A stretch of DNA of 64,000 bases from the NCBI RefSeq assembly GCF_009914755.1, contig NC_060926.1. One strand, written 5' to 3'. The notes beneath the pieces are model-generated. The model did not search any database and was not told the DNA's origin. It saw nothing but the letters and a program-made list of their open reading frames with translations. A program made the position numbers and the translations under genes. Each line of letters opens with the position of its first letter. Position 1 is the stretch's first letter. Positions 41,714 through 59,299 of this stretch are shown here, in pieces. Origin of the DNA: the human T2T-CHM13v2.0 reference genome, Homo sapiens.

Positions 41714-42499
41714 CTGGAAATAAAGTAAAAGCCAGACAGAAACACAGCTGTAGACTGTTGGAAAAAGTCACTAGTAGACTGGGCTTCATCCTAGCACTCA
41801 AAGACAAGGTCATTTGAAGCAAGGACTGGCAGACACAGGCAGACCCAGGAGTTGTGTCTTCATGGTTGGCGGGGAGGGGGAGGGGGGTCCCACAGTGAGA
41901 GAACATAAAGTTAAGATCCAGGCCCTGAGTCAAACTGACCCTGCTGAAGGGGTTTGTAAAAGACTTTTCCCAGTGGTAAAAATACATGGTTTTTTTTGGC
42001 CTGTAGCATATACATGTTTTTATATCCACAGGCTCTTAGTGTTAAACAAACACTTACAAAATCTGTAAGCAAACTAACATATCCTAATCACGTTCCAAAA
42101 AGTAACAAGTACTCGAAAAGGCTCAAAATGAGGTAAATGGCAGCCTTTAAGAACTGTAATACATCCTTTCAAAGGCAAAATAAGGCTGCCACAGCTGTTC
42201 CCACTAGCAAAAGGATGAATCTGTACTCAAAGCTAAGGGAATCTGCAGTGTATGTGTTTGAAATGAGAAAAGTCAAGTTTCAAAGAGGTGTGCAACTTAA
42301 TCTTTCAGTCTCAGCTGTCTTCACCCGTGCGTAACATGGTAAGAATACTGTCATCTCAGAGGGATGTTTGAAAATGGGTCAGGACAAGTAGGAAGAGCAT
42401 TTGTCACAGTGCCTAACACATCAATCTCCAATAAGGGCAGCTGCTGTCCTAATAAATGACTTGAAATGTTCTCTGCATTTAGGTATAAAAGTATGCAAC

Positions 42500-45287
<2,788 letters not shown>

Positions 45288-46016
45288 TAAGGGTACTATC
45301 TTTATTGGGAAGGTTTCAGGCCACACTGTGAGTGTGAGGATGCTGCAATTTTTTGGTATGGGTCTACAGCCCTGAAGATTGAGAATTCTTATATAAGATG
45401 ACTGGAGTACTTTTCCTAAAATATAGAAAATATACCTGCATACGAAATGGGATTACCTGCATTCCCCACTGCCCCCACACCATCTATCTCCCAACCTCTC
45501 CTAACCCTCACCTTCCCCAACCAGAGGAGCTCTACCTAAGAAGTTCTCATGAGACAGAATCATACCTTTGCCGCAATGGCAACAGGAATCTGCTCTATTC
45601 TTCCCTTCTACTTAATTAGGACATGAAAAGGAACATTTTCAGGAGGAGGTAGAGCCAATGCTACTAGCCTCGATACATTTGAGTCAAGCACTCTGTTTAA
45701 CAAGGCAAATCGGAATAATGAACTCTGAATTTTTAAAAAATGTTAATAACAAAGTTAAGAGTAAATTAGTGAACTCTTAATTCTTAAAGGCAGTTCCAAC
45801 AATCTGAACCTCAAGAAGTTAATATCACCAGAAAGTGATACAGTATTATCTTTGTGCTTCCAATTAATGTGCCTGTTTATAGTTTTAGTAAACCTTATGC
45901 TGTATTATGACTTAATGTCATCCAAAATCCCGTTAAAACCTATACATAAATTTCACATAAGAGTAAAATACTATGTATTATTTCCATCAGCACCTTGGAT
46001 TTTTCCTACCACTTAC

Positions 46017-46073
46017 CTGAATCGCCACTGCTAGCGGGTGGGAGATCATCAAAAAGCAAAGGTCCCCCTGATC
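46017..46073 (-). CDS. ILKAP: ILKAP exon 3
   Basis: SGGPLLFDDLPPASSGDS; 57 nt, phase 1-1. Confidence 0.93.
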
Positions 46074-46546
46074 CTGAAACACAGCAGAACACTTAGTGAG
46101 CCCACAAAAAATATGTAAGACTTAAGTTTCAGAATCCATCCCACCAGGACACCTATGTAGGTTACTGAAATAAACTCAAAACTTTGCGTCAATCCAGTGG
46201 CAACTCATACTGCAATGAATAATATCTTGAACCTATTTTAAAGTCCTATTATTTCAAAGGAAATAAAAATCTGCCTTAAAAAGTTAAATTGTACTTCAGG
46301 TAGTAAAATAAATACTCAAATGAACCAGAGAAAACTGCTCCACATTTCCTCGCAGTACTTCTCAGGGCTAGCGACTAGCAGATTTTTCTGCCTTACCTGA
46401 TGCCATGGATTCAAAACTTAAAGACAGTCCAACACCTAAAACATCTGTGTGTTGAAAATGGGGGAAAGGGAAAAAGATTGAGACAACTACAATCCCAGGA
46501 TGAGTAGAGACGTTGACACACACCTGGGAGAGCCTGAAGACTGTAC

Positions 46547-46612
46547 CTGAGTCAGTACTGCTGGCCGGAGGGAGGTCATCAAAGAGCAGGGGTCCTTTCT
46601 GAGCTTCTTTCC
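46547..46612 (-). CDS. ILKAP: ILKAP exon 2
   Basis: KEAQKGPLLFDDLPPASSTDS; 66 nt, phase 1-1. Confidence 0.93.
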
Positions 46613-47503
46613 CTAAAACACAGAAAACCTGTTTAGAGAGCATATGGTCATCACCCAGGACAGATTTTCAAAGAGGAAGATCATGTGGTCTCCCCTGCTT
46701 TGACACAAGTTTGCTATTAGATTCTAATTTTCTCCTTCCTGTTGGGCAAATTTTTAAAACATATTTTCTTAACAGCTTTTTTAATATGGACATCTGTTTC
46801 CAACAGTTACAGTCAACATAAAAGCAATGATTGATGCCCTAACAGGCATCTTCAGGGCCACTGAATATTTTGAGGAAAACAAGTATTTTCTTGATAATTT
46901 CATTATTGAAAGCATGAAACATTTAAAAGTCTTTCTTTAAAATAGAATCCTGGGAAGAAAAAAACTGATTCTAGACCAGGAAAACAATACTTGAGACTTC
47001 CTGATAGACGTTCAGAAATTTGGGGTGGGGTGGAGGAGGGGCCTTCAAAGACCTACAGGTTTATAAAAATCCTATTTCGGTAACATTCTGCAAGGGAAGA
47101 AAATCTGTTGGAACCTGGTGTCCCTAGCCCCAGCACAGTGTCTGATTCAATAAATAGCTATGGAGAAAATAAAGGAGTTTCAGGTAACCAAAGACAGATA
47201 GCCTCAGGAGAAAGTCACGAAACTCTTTTAACAAAAAATGTGAAGATTTACACTCCAAAAGTATGTCTTAAATGTTTTATGCCCAATTATCTTTTTCCAC
47301 ATAAAATTTAACGACCATTCCTTATTTTCCAGCTTTTTCCTGAAATTCTGTTTAAGCTATTAGATATCTGAACTGGCACACAAGAATCCAAGTTGAAAGT
47401 ATACACGTTCACCTCCTGCAAAGTTCAACACACCAACCAAACACACCAGCTCTATCCCACCTCTTGCTCCTCAGAGTTCAAGTATAAAAACGTGCTCATT
47501 TAC

Positions 47504-48268
47504 GCCAGGCGCAGTGGCTCATGCCTATAAACCCAGCACTTCGGTAGGCTGAGGTGGGAGGATTGCTTGAGTCCCGGAGTTCGAGACCAGCCTGGACAAC
47601 ATGGCAAAAAAATGTCTATGAAAAAAATACAAAAATTAGCCAGGTGTGGTGGCAGGCGCCTGTAGTCCAAGCTACTCAGTAGGCTGAGGTGGGAGGATCA
47701 CCTGAGCCCAGGGAGGCCAAGGCTTCAGTGAGCCATGATTGGGCCACTGCACTCCAGCCTAGGCAACACAGTGAGACTCTGTCACAAAAAAAAAAAAAAA
47801 AAAAGTACTCACTTAAAAACCAATTCACTTTTTTTTTTTTTTTTTTTTTTTTTGAGACTGAGTCTCACTCTGTTGCCCAGGCTGGAGTGCAGTAATGTGA
47901 TCTTCGCTCACTGCCTCCACCTCCCGGGTTCAAGCTATTCTCCTGCCCCAGCCTCCTGAGTAGGTGAGATCACAGGCGCACACCACCATGCCCAAATAAT
48001 TTTTGTATTTTTAGTAGAGACATGGTCTCACCATATTGACCAGGCTAGTCTTGAACTCCTGACCTCAAGTGTTCTGCCTGCCTCAGCCTCCCAAAGCGCT
48101 GGGATTACAGGGGTGAGCCACCATGTCTGGTCTAATTTTTGTATTTTTAGTAGAGACGGGGTTTCACCATGTTGGCCAGGTTGGTCTCAAACTCCTGGCC
48201 TCAAGTGGTCCACCCGCCTCAGCCTCCCAAAGTGCTGGGATTACAGGTATGAGCTATTGTGCCAGGCC
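47504..48268. mobile_element. Tail-to-tail Alu pair: (+) 47504-47803 and (-) 47829-48268 with an extra left arm
   Basis: Poly-A and poly-T separated by about 25 bp; the minus element carries a second left monomer. Confidence 0.9.
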
Positions 48269-48658
48269 AAACACCAATTCAACTAAACAAATAAATTTAT
48301 ATCCCCCAAGAGGGTCATCCCTATCATCTTTTTGCCTCCATTTAGAAATGAGCTGGGTATCAACTTTCTTCTTTTAAAAACAAAAGCTTTAATTAAAAAT
48401 TTATAAACTTAAGGGAATGAAATTTCTCCCGGGGTCTTTGCGTCAGAAGTACCTAAAATACACAAGAAATTCCTGAGTTAACAAAAAATAACTATTTTGC
48501 TTTATATCCCTAATACAAATGGGAAAATGTATTCTAATCCTTCAGGATGACCCTAAACAAATTAAGGAATTGCAAATACTTTCACTTTTCTTACAAGTGA
48601 CATAAAGACTCTATTAGAAGTATACAAGAAGCAGAAGAAAGCCATTAAAAAGTATTTA

Positions 48659-49042
<384 letters not shown>

Positions 49043-49564
49043 CTAACAATCACAACGCCCGTTCTCCGGACAGACTCAAAAACCACATGAGATGTTCCAG
49101 ACAATCACGCTGCATTCAGTGGTGTCACAGAGCCAGATGTCTTAGGACAAGGGAGGGGACATTTACAGGTAACAGCCCAACATGAAGAGCAAACAACCCT
49201 TCCGCTTGTACCAGGTCATATTTTAACTTTTGAATTAACTTGCCCATCTAAATCAGGTCTTTCCACTGCCACTGTACAAGGGAGGAAGTCTTCTTTTACC
49301 CAGGTAATAAATATATTTTCAGTTCTTGTAAGCATTCCTCACAATGCAACTTACAGCTTAGTATTAATACTAGCCTGGCCGCCTCTCCTCTGGCTACAAT
49401 TCAGTCAGATGGTGCCCCAAACTGAGCCCCATCCCCAGAGAACTGCCTATCACCTTCTTTCTCACTCTGGAATACTATGAGAGGTATTTCAATTAAACAC
49501 AATGAGACCATCCTACATTTTGCTGGCCACAACTGGGAATGGCTTCTAAAAATGATAATACTGC

Positions 49565-49770
49565 CTGCCTGTCAGGCACTATTCTAAGAGCTCCACACAT
49601 CTTCTCATTTAATTCTTATGAGATAGGTACTATTATTATTTACCGATGAAAAAACTGAGGCACTGAGGTCAATTACCTGTTCAAGATCACAGAGCCAGTA
49701 AGGAGTGGAGTGGGGATTCAAAGCCATGCAGTCCGTGCTTTTAGTGAGGTACTATGCTGCCTCCATACAT
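49565..49770. mobile_element. MIR
   Basis: aggtactattattattttaccgatgaaaaaactgaggcac...caagatcacagagccagtaag...gggattcaaa. Confidence 0.75.
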
Positions 49771-49962
49771 GGGCACCCTTCCAGAAACTTCATAAACATC
49801 AACTCATTTTACCCTTACAACAATCCTATGATGATAATCCTGAGATTTTATAAAATCTCTGGAAATAATTTTTGCATCATCAAAAGAATCTAACTTAGAA
49901 GTCTGTATGTGGATTCTTTAAAAAAAAATCTATAGGTCATAGATACATAAGGAAACTACTGA

Positions 49963-50280
<318 letters not shown>

Positions 50281-52279
50281 CTTACATTCTATTTTGAATA
50301 AACTGAAATTCAAAGCATTGGGGGCTGCAATCATTGGACAAAGTGTGACCCTGACCTAAAAATCTGGAAGAGGCCCCTCCCCTAATCTTAAAAATATTAG
50401 AACCCTAATAAGAATACAAGACTAAAAATGTCCATTAATCATAGTTAATCTCATCTAGAACTTTTTTTTTTCCTCAGTTATCTACATTCTGGAGCTAAGT
50501 CTACTGGAAGTTATATACTATGCTGAGAAAAATACCCTTGGGTTGATCATATTCAGGTTAAAGGTTGCTGTATCCAATAAAGTTAAAAAAGGATGTTAAA
50601 ATATTTTGGCTAAATTGTTTTTTATACCTCAATTTTTTCAACTATAAAATAAATCCAGGTGTTTTCCAAACACCACAGAGGTATTATCAGAAAAAAGGGG
50701 GGACAGGTTCCGCCACACCCCCCAACCACAGTATGAGTTTAGTGTATCCTTTCCACTTTCCTTAATGCTCATGCACATGGACTCATGCATTTTAATTTGT
50801 AGAAGACAGAGTCATACTCTACACAATACTCCACATATAGTGTTCACATAACCCATCAAGGCATGCTCCAGGCCAACACACCCAAGTCTAATTCATCCTC
50901 TCCAACAGCCACACATGGGAAGCATCTCCACTCATTCGACCAGATCCTTACTGATGGGTTCAAGCTTTTCCCAGTTCTTCATATGATAAGTGACGCCACA
51001 ATCAACAATCTGATACATGTATTCCTGCTTAATCTGCTAGACTGCTCGTCAAAGGATATTAGTTTAAATCTGATAGAAGCCAAAATCTGTTCCCCAAAAA
51101 GTTGTAATTTTCACTCCCAAAACACTTTATGAGAAAGTCTACTTCGCTACACATTCACCAATGTTACCAACTGTTGCTAATCTGATGGGTGAAAAGGTAA
51201 ATAGTTCCTCAGCAACTTTCTGTTGATGGGCCATTTGTATTCCTTACCTCTGAACTGGGAGGATACATCCTTTGACCATTTTTCTAGTGGGTTTTATTTT
51301 TTCCCATCAATTCTGTGAGCCTTTCTTATACCCTTAGTAATGTATATTGCAATTATTTTCTCGGTTTGTCTTTTGCCTTTATAGTATCATTTGTCCTGCA
51401 GAAATTTTAAATTTTTACATAGTCAAATTCACTTTTTTATGACTTTTTTCTTGTTCAACCCTGTAGTTTTACAATCTGTTTTCCTCTAATACCTTAACCT
51501 TTATGTTCAAATATTCTTCTTTTTTTTTTTTAATCGTAGAGACAGGGGTCTCACGAAGTTGTGCCAGGCTCTTCTCAAATTCCTGGCCTCAAGCCATCCT
51601 CCTGCCTTGTTCCCCCAAAGCGCTGGGATTACAAGTATGCGCCATCGAGCCCAGCCTCCAATTTTTTTAAAGTATTTTTAAGATGGTGTGGCCATCAAAT
51701 ATTTTATTTCCTCCTCAACAACTGACCATCAATTTTTAAAGTACTAGTGTAGCAACCAAATAAGTAAAAGAACCACCCTATAAAAGTGAAATCAAGTTAC
51801 TGGCGAAGCAATTTTAAACCATGACACCTTCAACTGACATACATGGATTGTCAATATAAGCTGCCAATCTTAAAGACATCAGGTCGGCACTTTTATGGGT
51901 ATGACATAGGAAAGTTCCATTTCTGCCTGATATGAACAAACACTTTTTTTTAGGTAAAATATATACATCTCTCCTTTAAAAAACTTGATTCATTCAGCAA
52001 TTAAAACTTTTAAGGGCTTGGATGAAAACTACTAATTTAGCAAAATACCTGAAATATTTAGTGCATTCTATGTATTTTTCTAGATTATAAACATTTAAGA
52101 GGTTTAGGGGTGGGAACATTAGATGCAACGTTTAAAACAAAAATAAAAAGATCTAAACAAAATATTAATACATTTGATGTGATATAAGCAGTGTAGTATT
52201 CTCCCTTTGGACACTCAGTGCTTTCCCATAATTCATTTAAGACTGCGTTTTTCCACTTTTAAACAACTGTTAATGGCTC

Positions 52280-52570
52280 AGCCAGGCACAGTGGCTTACC
52301 ACTGTAATCCCAGCACTCTGGGAGGGCCAAGGTGGGCAGAACACTTGAGCCCCAGGAGTTCGAGAGCAGCCTGGGCAACATGGCAAAGCCTTGTCTCTAC
52401 AAAACATACAAAAATTAGCTGGCTGTGGTGGTGCGCACCTGTAGTCCCAGCTACCAAGGAGGCTGAGGTGGAAGAATCACCTGTGCCCACGGAGGTCGAG
52501 ACTGCAGTGAGCTGTGTTTATGTCACTGCACTCCAGCCTGGGCGACACAATGAGGCTGTCTCAAAAATAA
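52280..52570 (+). mobile_element. AluJ-like element
   Basis: Dimer consensus. Confidence 0.85.
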
Positions 52571-53684
52571 TAACCCTGGCTAACATCTATAAAACACTAT
52601 ACATTCTACCCCACACTATGTGCAGCACCATACATACTGTACTAATTTGTACAGTAACAGTGGCAAGTGTCACCCCTTTTTACACATGTAGGAATAGCCA
52701 CAGAAGGCACAGTTAGTAAGCGAAGAGCTGGATTCTAAACCAAGTAGTCTGGTTACACTTTCTGAACAACTTTTCTTGCGCTCTGGGAAAATAACGAGGT
52801 CTTTTATTGTTCACTGCATTAGAGATTTGTGGTACCCACATATCATGTGTGAGGGTCATGATGCACAGTTTAGACTCATTATTCCATTCACTTTAGCAAT
52901 CAATATGATTTATTCAAAGTATGTTTTTTTTTTTTAAATCACAGTATTTTCACAAGTATGTGAAACCAGATTCTGTTCTTGTACAAACGATTTTAACCTG
53001 TCAAATCTCATCTTGTTGGTTGTAGCTAACAGCCTGCAATGATAACTATGGATCCCAATTGTCACTCATTTTAGTACTTATCCCTCTCAGCTTCCAATCA
53101 TCTACAAATTCTGAGATCTTCTTCGTTTTAAAGCTATTTTTAAAAATACACTCAGCCAAGCAGGACCTGTTGACAATGTCAGTGCCCTCCTGGCAGATGG
53201 GGAGCAGCTGACCAATCCAATCTCAGGGTGGTCAGCAGTTTAAACACCATGCACCCCCTCTGCCACCCTTTCAGCTCAGTCAAGGTTGGAAACTGAGTTT
53301 GGAAAAAACGGCAACAGGATGTACCTTTCCCACTGTATCTGGCAAAAGGCTGCTAAGGTGCCAACCTATGAGATTCTGAGTTGCCAGGTTTTTTGTCAGT
53401 CAAGGGAGCCTGCTCCTGAGCAGAACCTAATTAATTGCAGGTAAAAAGCAATGGAGATTTTAAGACTCATAGGTTTACACGCACACTGGTGAATCCAAAT
53501 GCTGTCCCAAATATATTCAGATAGAAATTATACTCCATTGACAAGAGAAAAAAGACTGCTACACAAATCCAATTTTTACCCACAGCTAAAACCGTGGTTA
53601 TTTTGAAAATGAATGGCTGAGTCAAGTTCAAAGACTCCAGGACCAGTTACTGAGATGCTCTGTACCATCAGAACGGTCAGTGGG

Positions 53685-53982
53685 GGCAGGGCACGGTGGC
53701 TCACACCTGTAATCCCAGCAATTTGGGAGGCCGAGGCGGGCGGATCACCTGAGGTCAGGAGTTCAAGACCACCCTACCCAACATGGTGAAACCCCGTCTC
53801 TACTAAAAATATAAAAATTAGCCGGGTGTGGTGGTCGGCGCCTGTAATCTCAGCTAGTAGGGAGGCCTAGGCAGGAGAATTGTTTGAACCCGGAGGTTGC
53901 AGTGAGCTCAGATCTCACCATTGCACTCCAGCCTGGGCGACAAGAGTGAGACTCCGTCTCAAAAAGTAAAATAAAATAAAAT
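53685..53982 (+). mobile_element. Alu (AluS-like)
   Basis: Dimer with (TAAAA)n tail. Confidence 0.9.
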
Positions 53983-54759
53983 GTTTTCTCGCCCAGAATT
54001 ACTGCAAATCACAAGCCTGAACATCCTTGGAAGCTCAATTCAAACACTGCCTCCTTCCCCAGTCTCTCGGTGCCCGACAATCCCTCCTCAAGAGTCCTCA
54101 GCATTTCCCACAGTCATTAACTTTTGCCAGTTTTAATTACCGTAATTAGTACCCTTCAGAAAGCAGCTCTTAGAAAGCGAAGGCTGGGCCTTACTCACCT
54201 CCGTCTACCCTACAACAGCAGCTCCCAAACCACTGGTCTCCAGCCCCCGCTGGGTTGGCCTGGGGATTTAGTAACAGATTCGGAAACCCCACTCTCAGGG
54301 ATTCGGATTTACTGGGGCTGAGGTGGGCCTGGAAATCTGAACGTCTTAAGTTTTCCAGGTTTTCTGCCCCCAAGTTAAATTTTGTAATAAGGCCCTAAAC
54401 TACAACATCAAGCTGGAAGTCTTGCATATGAAATATTCACGCGTTTTGACAGATGAAACCCGGAGACTGTAACCCACAGGACGCAGGGATTAACACAGGC
54501 CCTGTTTCAAGCTGCTAGGATGCTGAGCTCAAACCACAGCCCACAGGGACTCCCACTGGCAGGGGCCAGCGCTTAGGAGATGAGCGGACCCCTTAACTTC
54601 AAGGAGAGGGGGAACTTCCCGTGGACCAGAAAAAAAAAAAAAAAACTACTGTTAATTATCACAAAATCACAGGATGACAGAGGAGGCATCCTGTCTTCCA
54701 GGCTTCAAAAACACGAAGGATTAAGATGGTGATTAATTCAATCTCCAGTGCAAATAAAA

Positions 54760-55630
54760 ACGCCAAGCCCCTGAACTTGCACCGGCCCGGAACGCGGCCG
54801 TTCCACAGCCCGCGGGTGAAGTGCGGCCCGGAAGCCGCGGGCGGGCGACGCGCAAGGCAGCCCAGGCCGCGGGTGGAATCGGGGCGCGGGGGCCCGCGGT
54901 GCCGCCGGGCGTTCAGAGCCGGTCCCTCGGGTCGGCCCACGCGGTCGCGCCGGCGCCTTTCACCGCCACGCAGAGGGGCCGTGGCCACGACGGCTCGGCC
55001 CTTTCCTTCCTGCGTAGCGAAAATGGCGGAGCGGCCTCTCCGAGCTCCGCGAGCGACCGGGCCTCCGACAGGGCCGCCAGTGGGCCGGACGGGGCCTGGC
55101 CAGGCAGGAGCAGGCCCCGTGCAGCCCGCGCCGCCCGCCGCCTCCCAGCGCGGGCGCCGCCTCAGCCGCCCCGGGCCTCAGGCCGCCCCCATCCCGCCTG
55201 CTCTCCCTTCCCTGGCCGGCCCGGCGGCAACGCCGCTTACCGGCAGCCGGGCGCGGCGAGCGCTCGGGCTCCGGCAGGTCCCCGAAGAGGTCCATGGCGG
55301 AGGCTGGGTGGAGGCGGCAGCAGCGACAGACACTCAGCCCGCGAGCAGCGGCCGGGCTCCACACCCCGGGCGGGCGGCAGCAGCGGGCGGGCGACGGGCA
55401 GGGGCGGCCGGCGCCGTCAGTCACCTGCAGGGAGAGTCCCGGACGCCACCAATCGGCGCGCGGCGTGGCCCGGCCGCCCCAGAGGGCTGCGCGCGGGCTG
55501 GGCGGGGCGGCTGGGGGCGGGGCGGTGCGCATGCGCGTGGGCCCCTCCCGCGCCCCGACTGCGAGCCGGGCGGACGGCGCCGTCTGGGCCCCGCGGTGTT
55601 TCCCGCCTTGGCGAACCCCGGGCCCCTCCT
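54760..55630 (-). promoter_or_regulatory. ILKAP: ILKAP CpG-island housekeeping promoter
   Basis: Dense CpG; NRF1 palindrome TGCGCATGCGC at 55526-55536; GC boxes at 55500-55525; CCAAT near 55449; E2F-like TTTCCCGCC near 55599. Confidence 0.85.
55241..55295 (-). CDS. ILKAP: ILKAP exon 1 (coding part)
   Basis: Strong Kozak gccATGG; MDLFGDLPEPERSPRPAA; G|gtaagc donor; 55 nt. Confidence 0.95.
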
Positions 55631-55984
55631 GCTTTTCCTTGGCTGGGGGTGTCCGATTTCTGTCAAGTTTCGTTGAGTTCCTGTCCAAGAAGCCCTGTCC
55701 AGAGAGAAACGTCTGAGCTCAAGGGCAGCCCCTGATGCCTGGGAAGGCTTTCTGGAGCTCTTGCCATCTCTTCGGCTCGTCCTTTCACCACGGCGTGCCT
55801 GGTTTCTGGCCTGTTTTAGAGACTGAGAAACCGAGGCTTGGATGGAGCGGCCCTGGGCGTCAGGACGGAAACCTCAAAAGATGCCGGAGGGAAAGGAGGC
55901 ATTCCCTGACTTGTCTGCACCCACTGGTGTCTGTGGGGAGCGGAGAAGAGGGGCTCCTCCTTAATGGTGTCCCCCTCCATGCCT

Positions 55985-56520
55985 GTAAAGAGAAAGGCGG
56001 CCACTGACATCGGGGAGCTGGCCTGGTTCTGCAGCCAGGACTTGGGGTTGGTCTGGCACAAACAGCTAGGCCTGGGTGTTCTCTTTGAATGTGAACAATT
56101 TCATAAAACACCAACATCAGGCCGTGATACAGATCAAGAGAAAAAAACAGACCACTGTGTAATCAAGTGTGAACACAGACAAAACAGGAACACTGTCCAA
56201 GCCACAAAAGTGACCACATTCCCCTCGTCTTGGCCAATAAGAGTGATTGCTGCTTCTTTACCATTACATGTTTAGCCTTTGTCTCGTCCTCCTGCCGTCT
56301 AGATAAGCTTCATCAAGATATCCAATCATGGAATCCTCCTCTTCCTGACATCCAATCCGGAGCAAAGGCCCGTTTCCATAAATGTTTCCCCAAATCAACT
56401 AACACAAACCCAAATCTTACACCTCCGTTCCAACATCGTTTACCCAAGTTCCCCAGGTTATGTGGTCTCCCTCCATGCAAAGAGTTTTCAGCCCAGTTCA
56501 TTCTGGGGCAGATGTATTTC
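55985..56520 (+). mobile_element. Probable old ERV1-class solo LTR (family not assigned)
   Basis: aacaatttcataaaacaccaacatcag...gatcaaga...agaccact and catccaatcc...ccccaaatca blocks resemble MER4-group LTRs; recognised by eye only. Confidence 0.45.
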
Positions 56521-56659
56521 TGACGCTCTCTGGCTGTAGGACATGGAGGGAGCCCAACAAGGCTTCATGCCTCTCATCTGCGTGGCTTCTCACTAGCAAC
56601 CGTTTGAGATATTCATGCTGCCTCCTCCATTACAGCAGAAACACTCAAGTAACAATGCT

Positions 56660-57075
56660 TGTAACCGTTAAAGAAAGAGGAAATAAATACAAAAAGCGGC
56701 TCAACATTAAAAGGTTTATTTCAGAGAATAAACCTGAGAGGGGATTCTGGCCAATTTCGATCAGGAGCGCTCTCTCTTACAGACTAAGCATTCTCTCTTA
56801 CAGACTAAGGATATTTAAGGGTTTTGGAAGTGGGGGAACGTTTATTGCAGGGTTGGAATGTCTCTGGTCGGAGGGGAGGCTATTGGAGGAGAGGTTATTT
56901 CAGGGTTAGCATGTTTCTGGTTGAAGAGAGGTTTATCTTAGGGTTGGAATATTTCTGGTTATGCTGACATTAGCCGTTAGGCTGATGTTTTGGGGTAGGA
57001 TTTAGGTGGTTTTTTAATCAAGGGGAACTTAGAAAGGTGGTGTTTGTCCAAGATGGCAATGCTCCTGCTCTATCA
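56660..57075 (-). mobile_element. 3' LTR of the HERV-H/F-group provirus (LTR19-like, tentative)
   Basis: Minus strand starts TGATAGAGCAGGAGCATTGCCATCTTGGACAA and ends CA; TATA-like ttaaata near 56815; AATAAA at 56715-56720; lies directly after env. Confidence 0.72.
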
Positions 57076-57149
57076 ATCCAGTCTCTATAGTTATGAAAAG
57101 GACAAGGGGCAGCGCATTTTTTCTGGCTACTTCCTGCTGGGGGAGTGAG

Positions 57150-59135
<1,986 letters not shown>

Positions 59136-59299
59136 AGAGCAGTAACGAGCTGATCAGGATGTATAATGGGAGCTTCCTAAGGGCACCACTGAAGGTCTGT
59201 AACAAGGTTAGTTAGGAAGTGATGAAAGTTTGGGAGAGAAAGAGACATAAGCGGCTTATGTGGATTTCTCCTCCTTTTCCTCAGGGATTTGGGTGAGGC

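Noticed and set aside
54726-55735. Long plus-strand ORFs (316 and 304 aa) over the ILKAP promoter
   Set aside because: Low-complexity Arg/Pro/Gly/Ala products typical of GC-rich DNA; no recognisable domain
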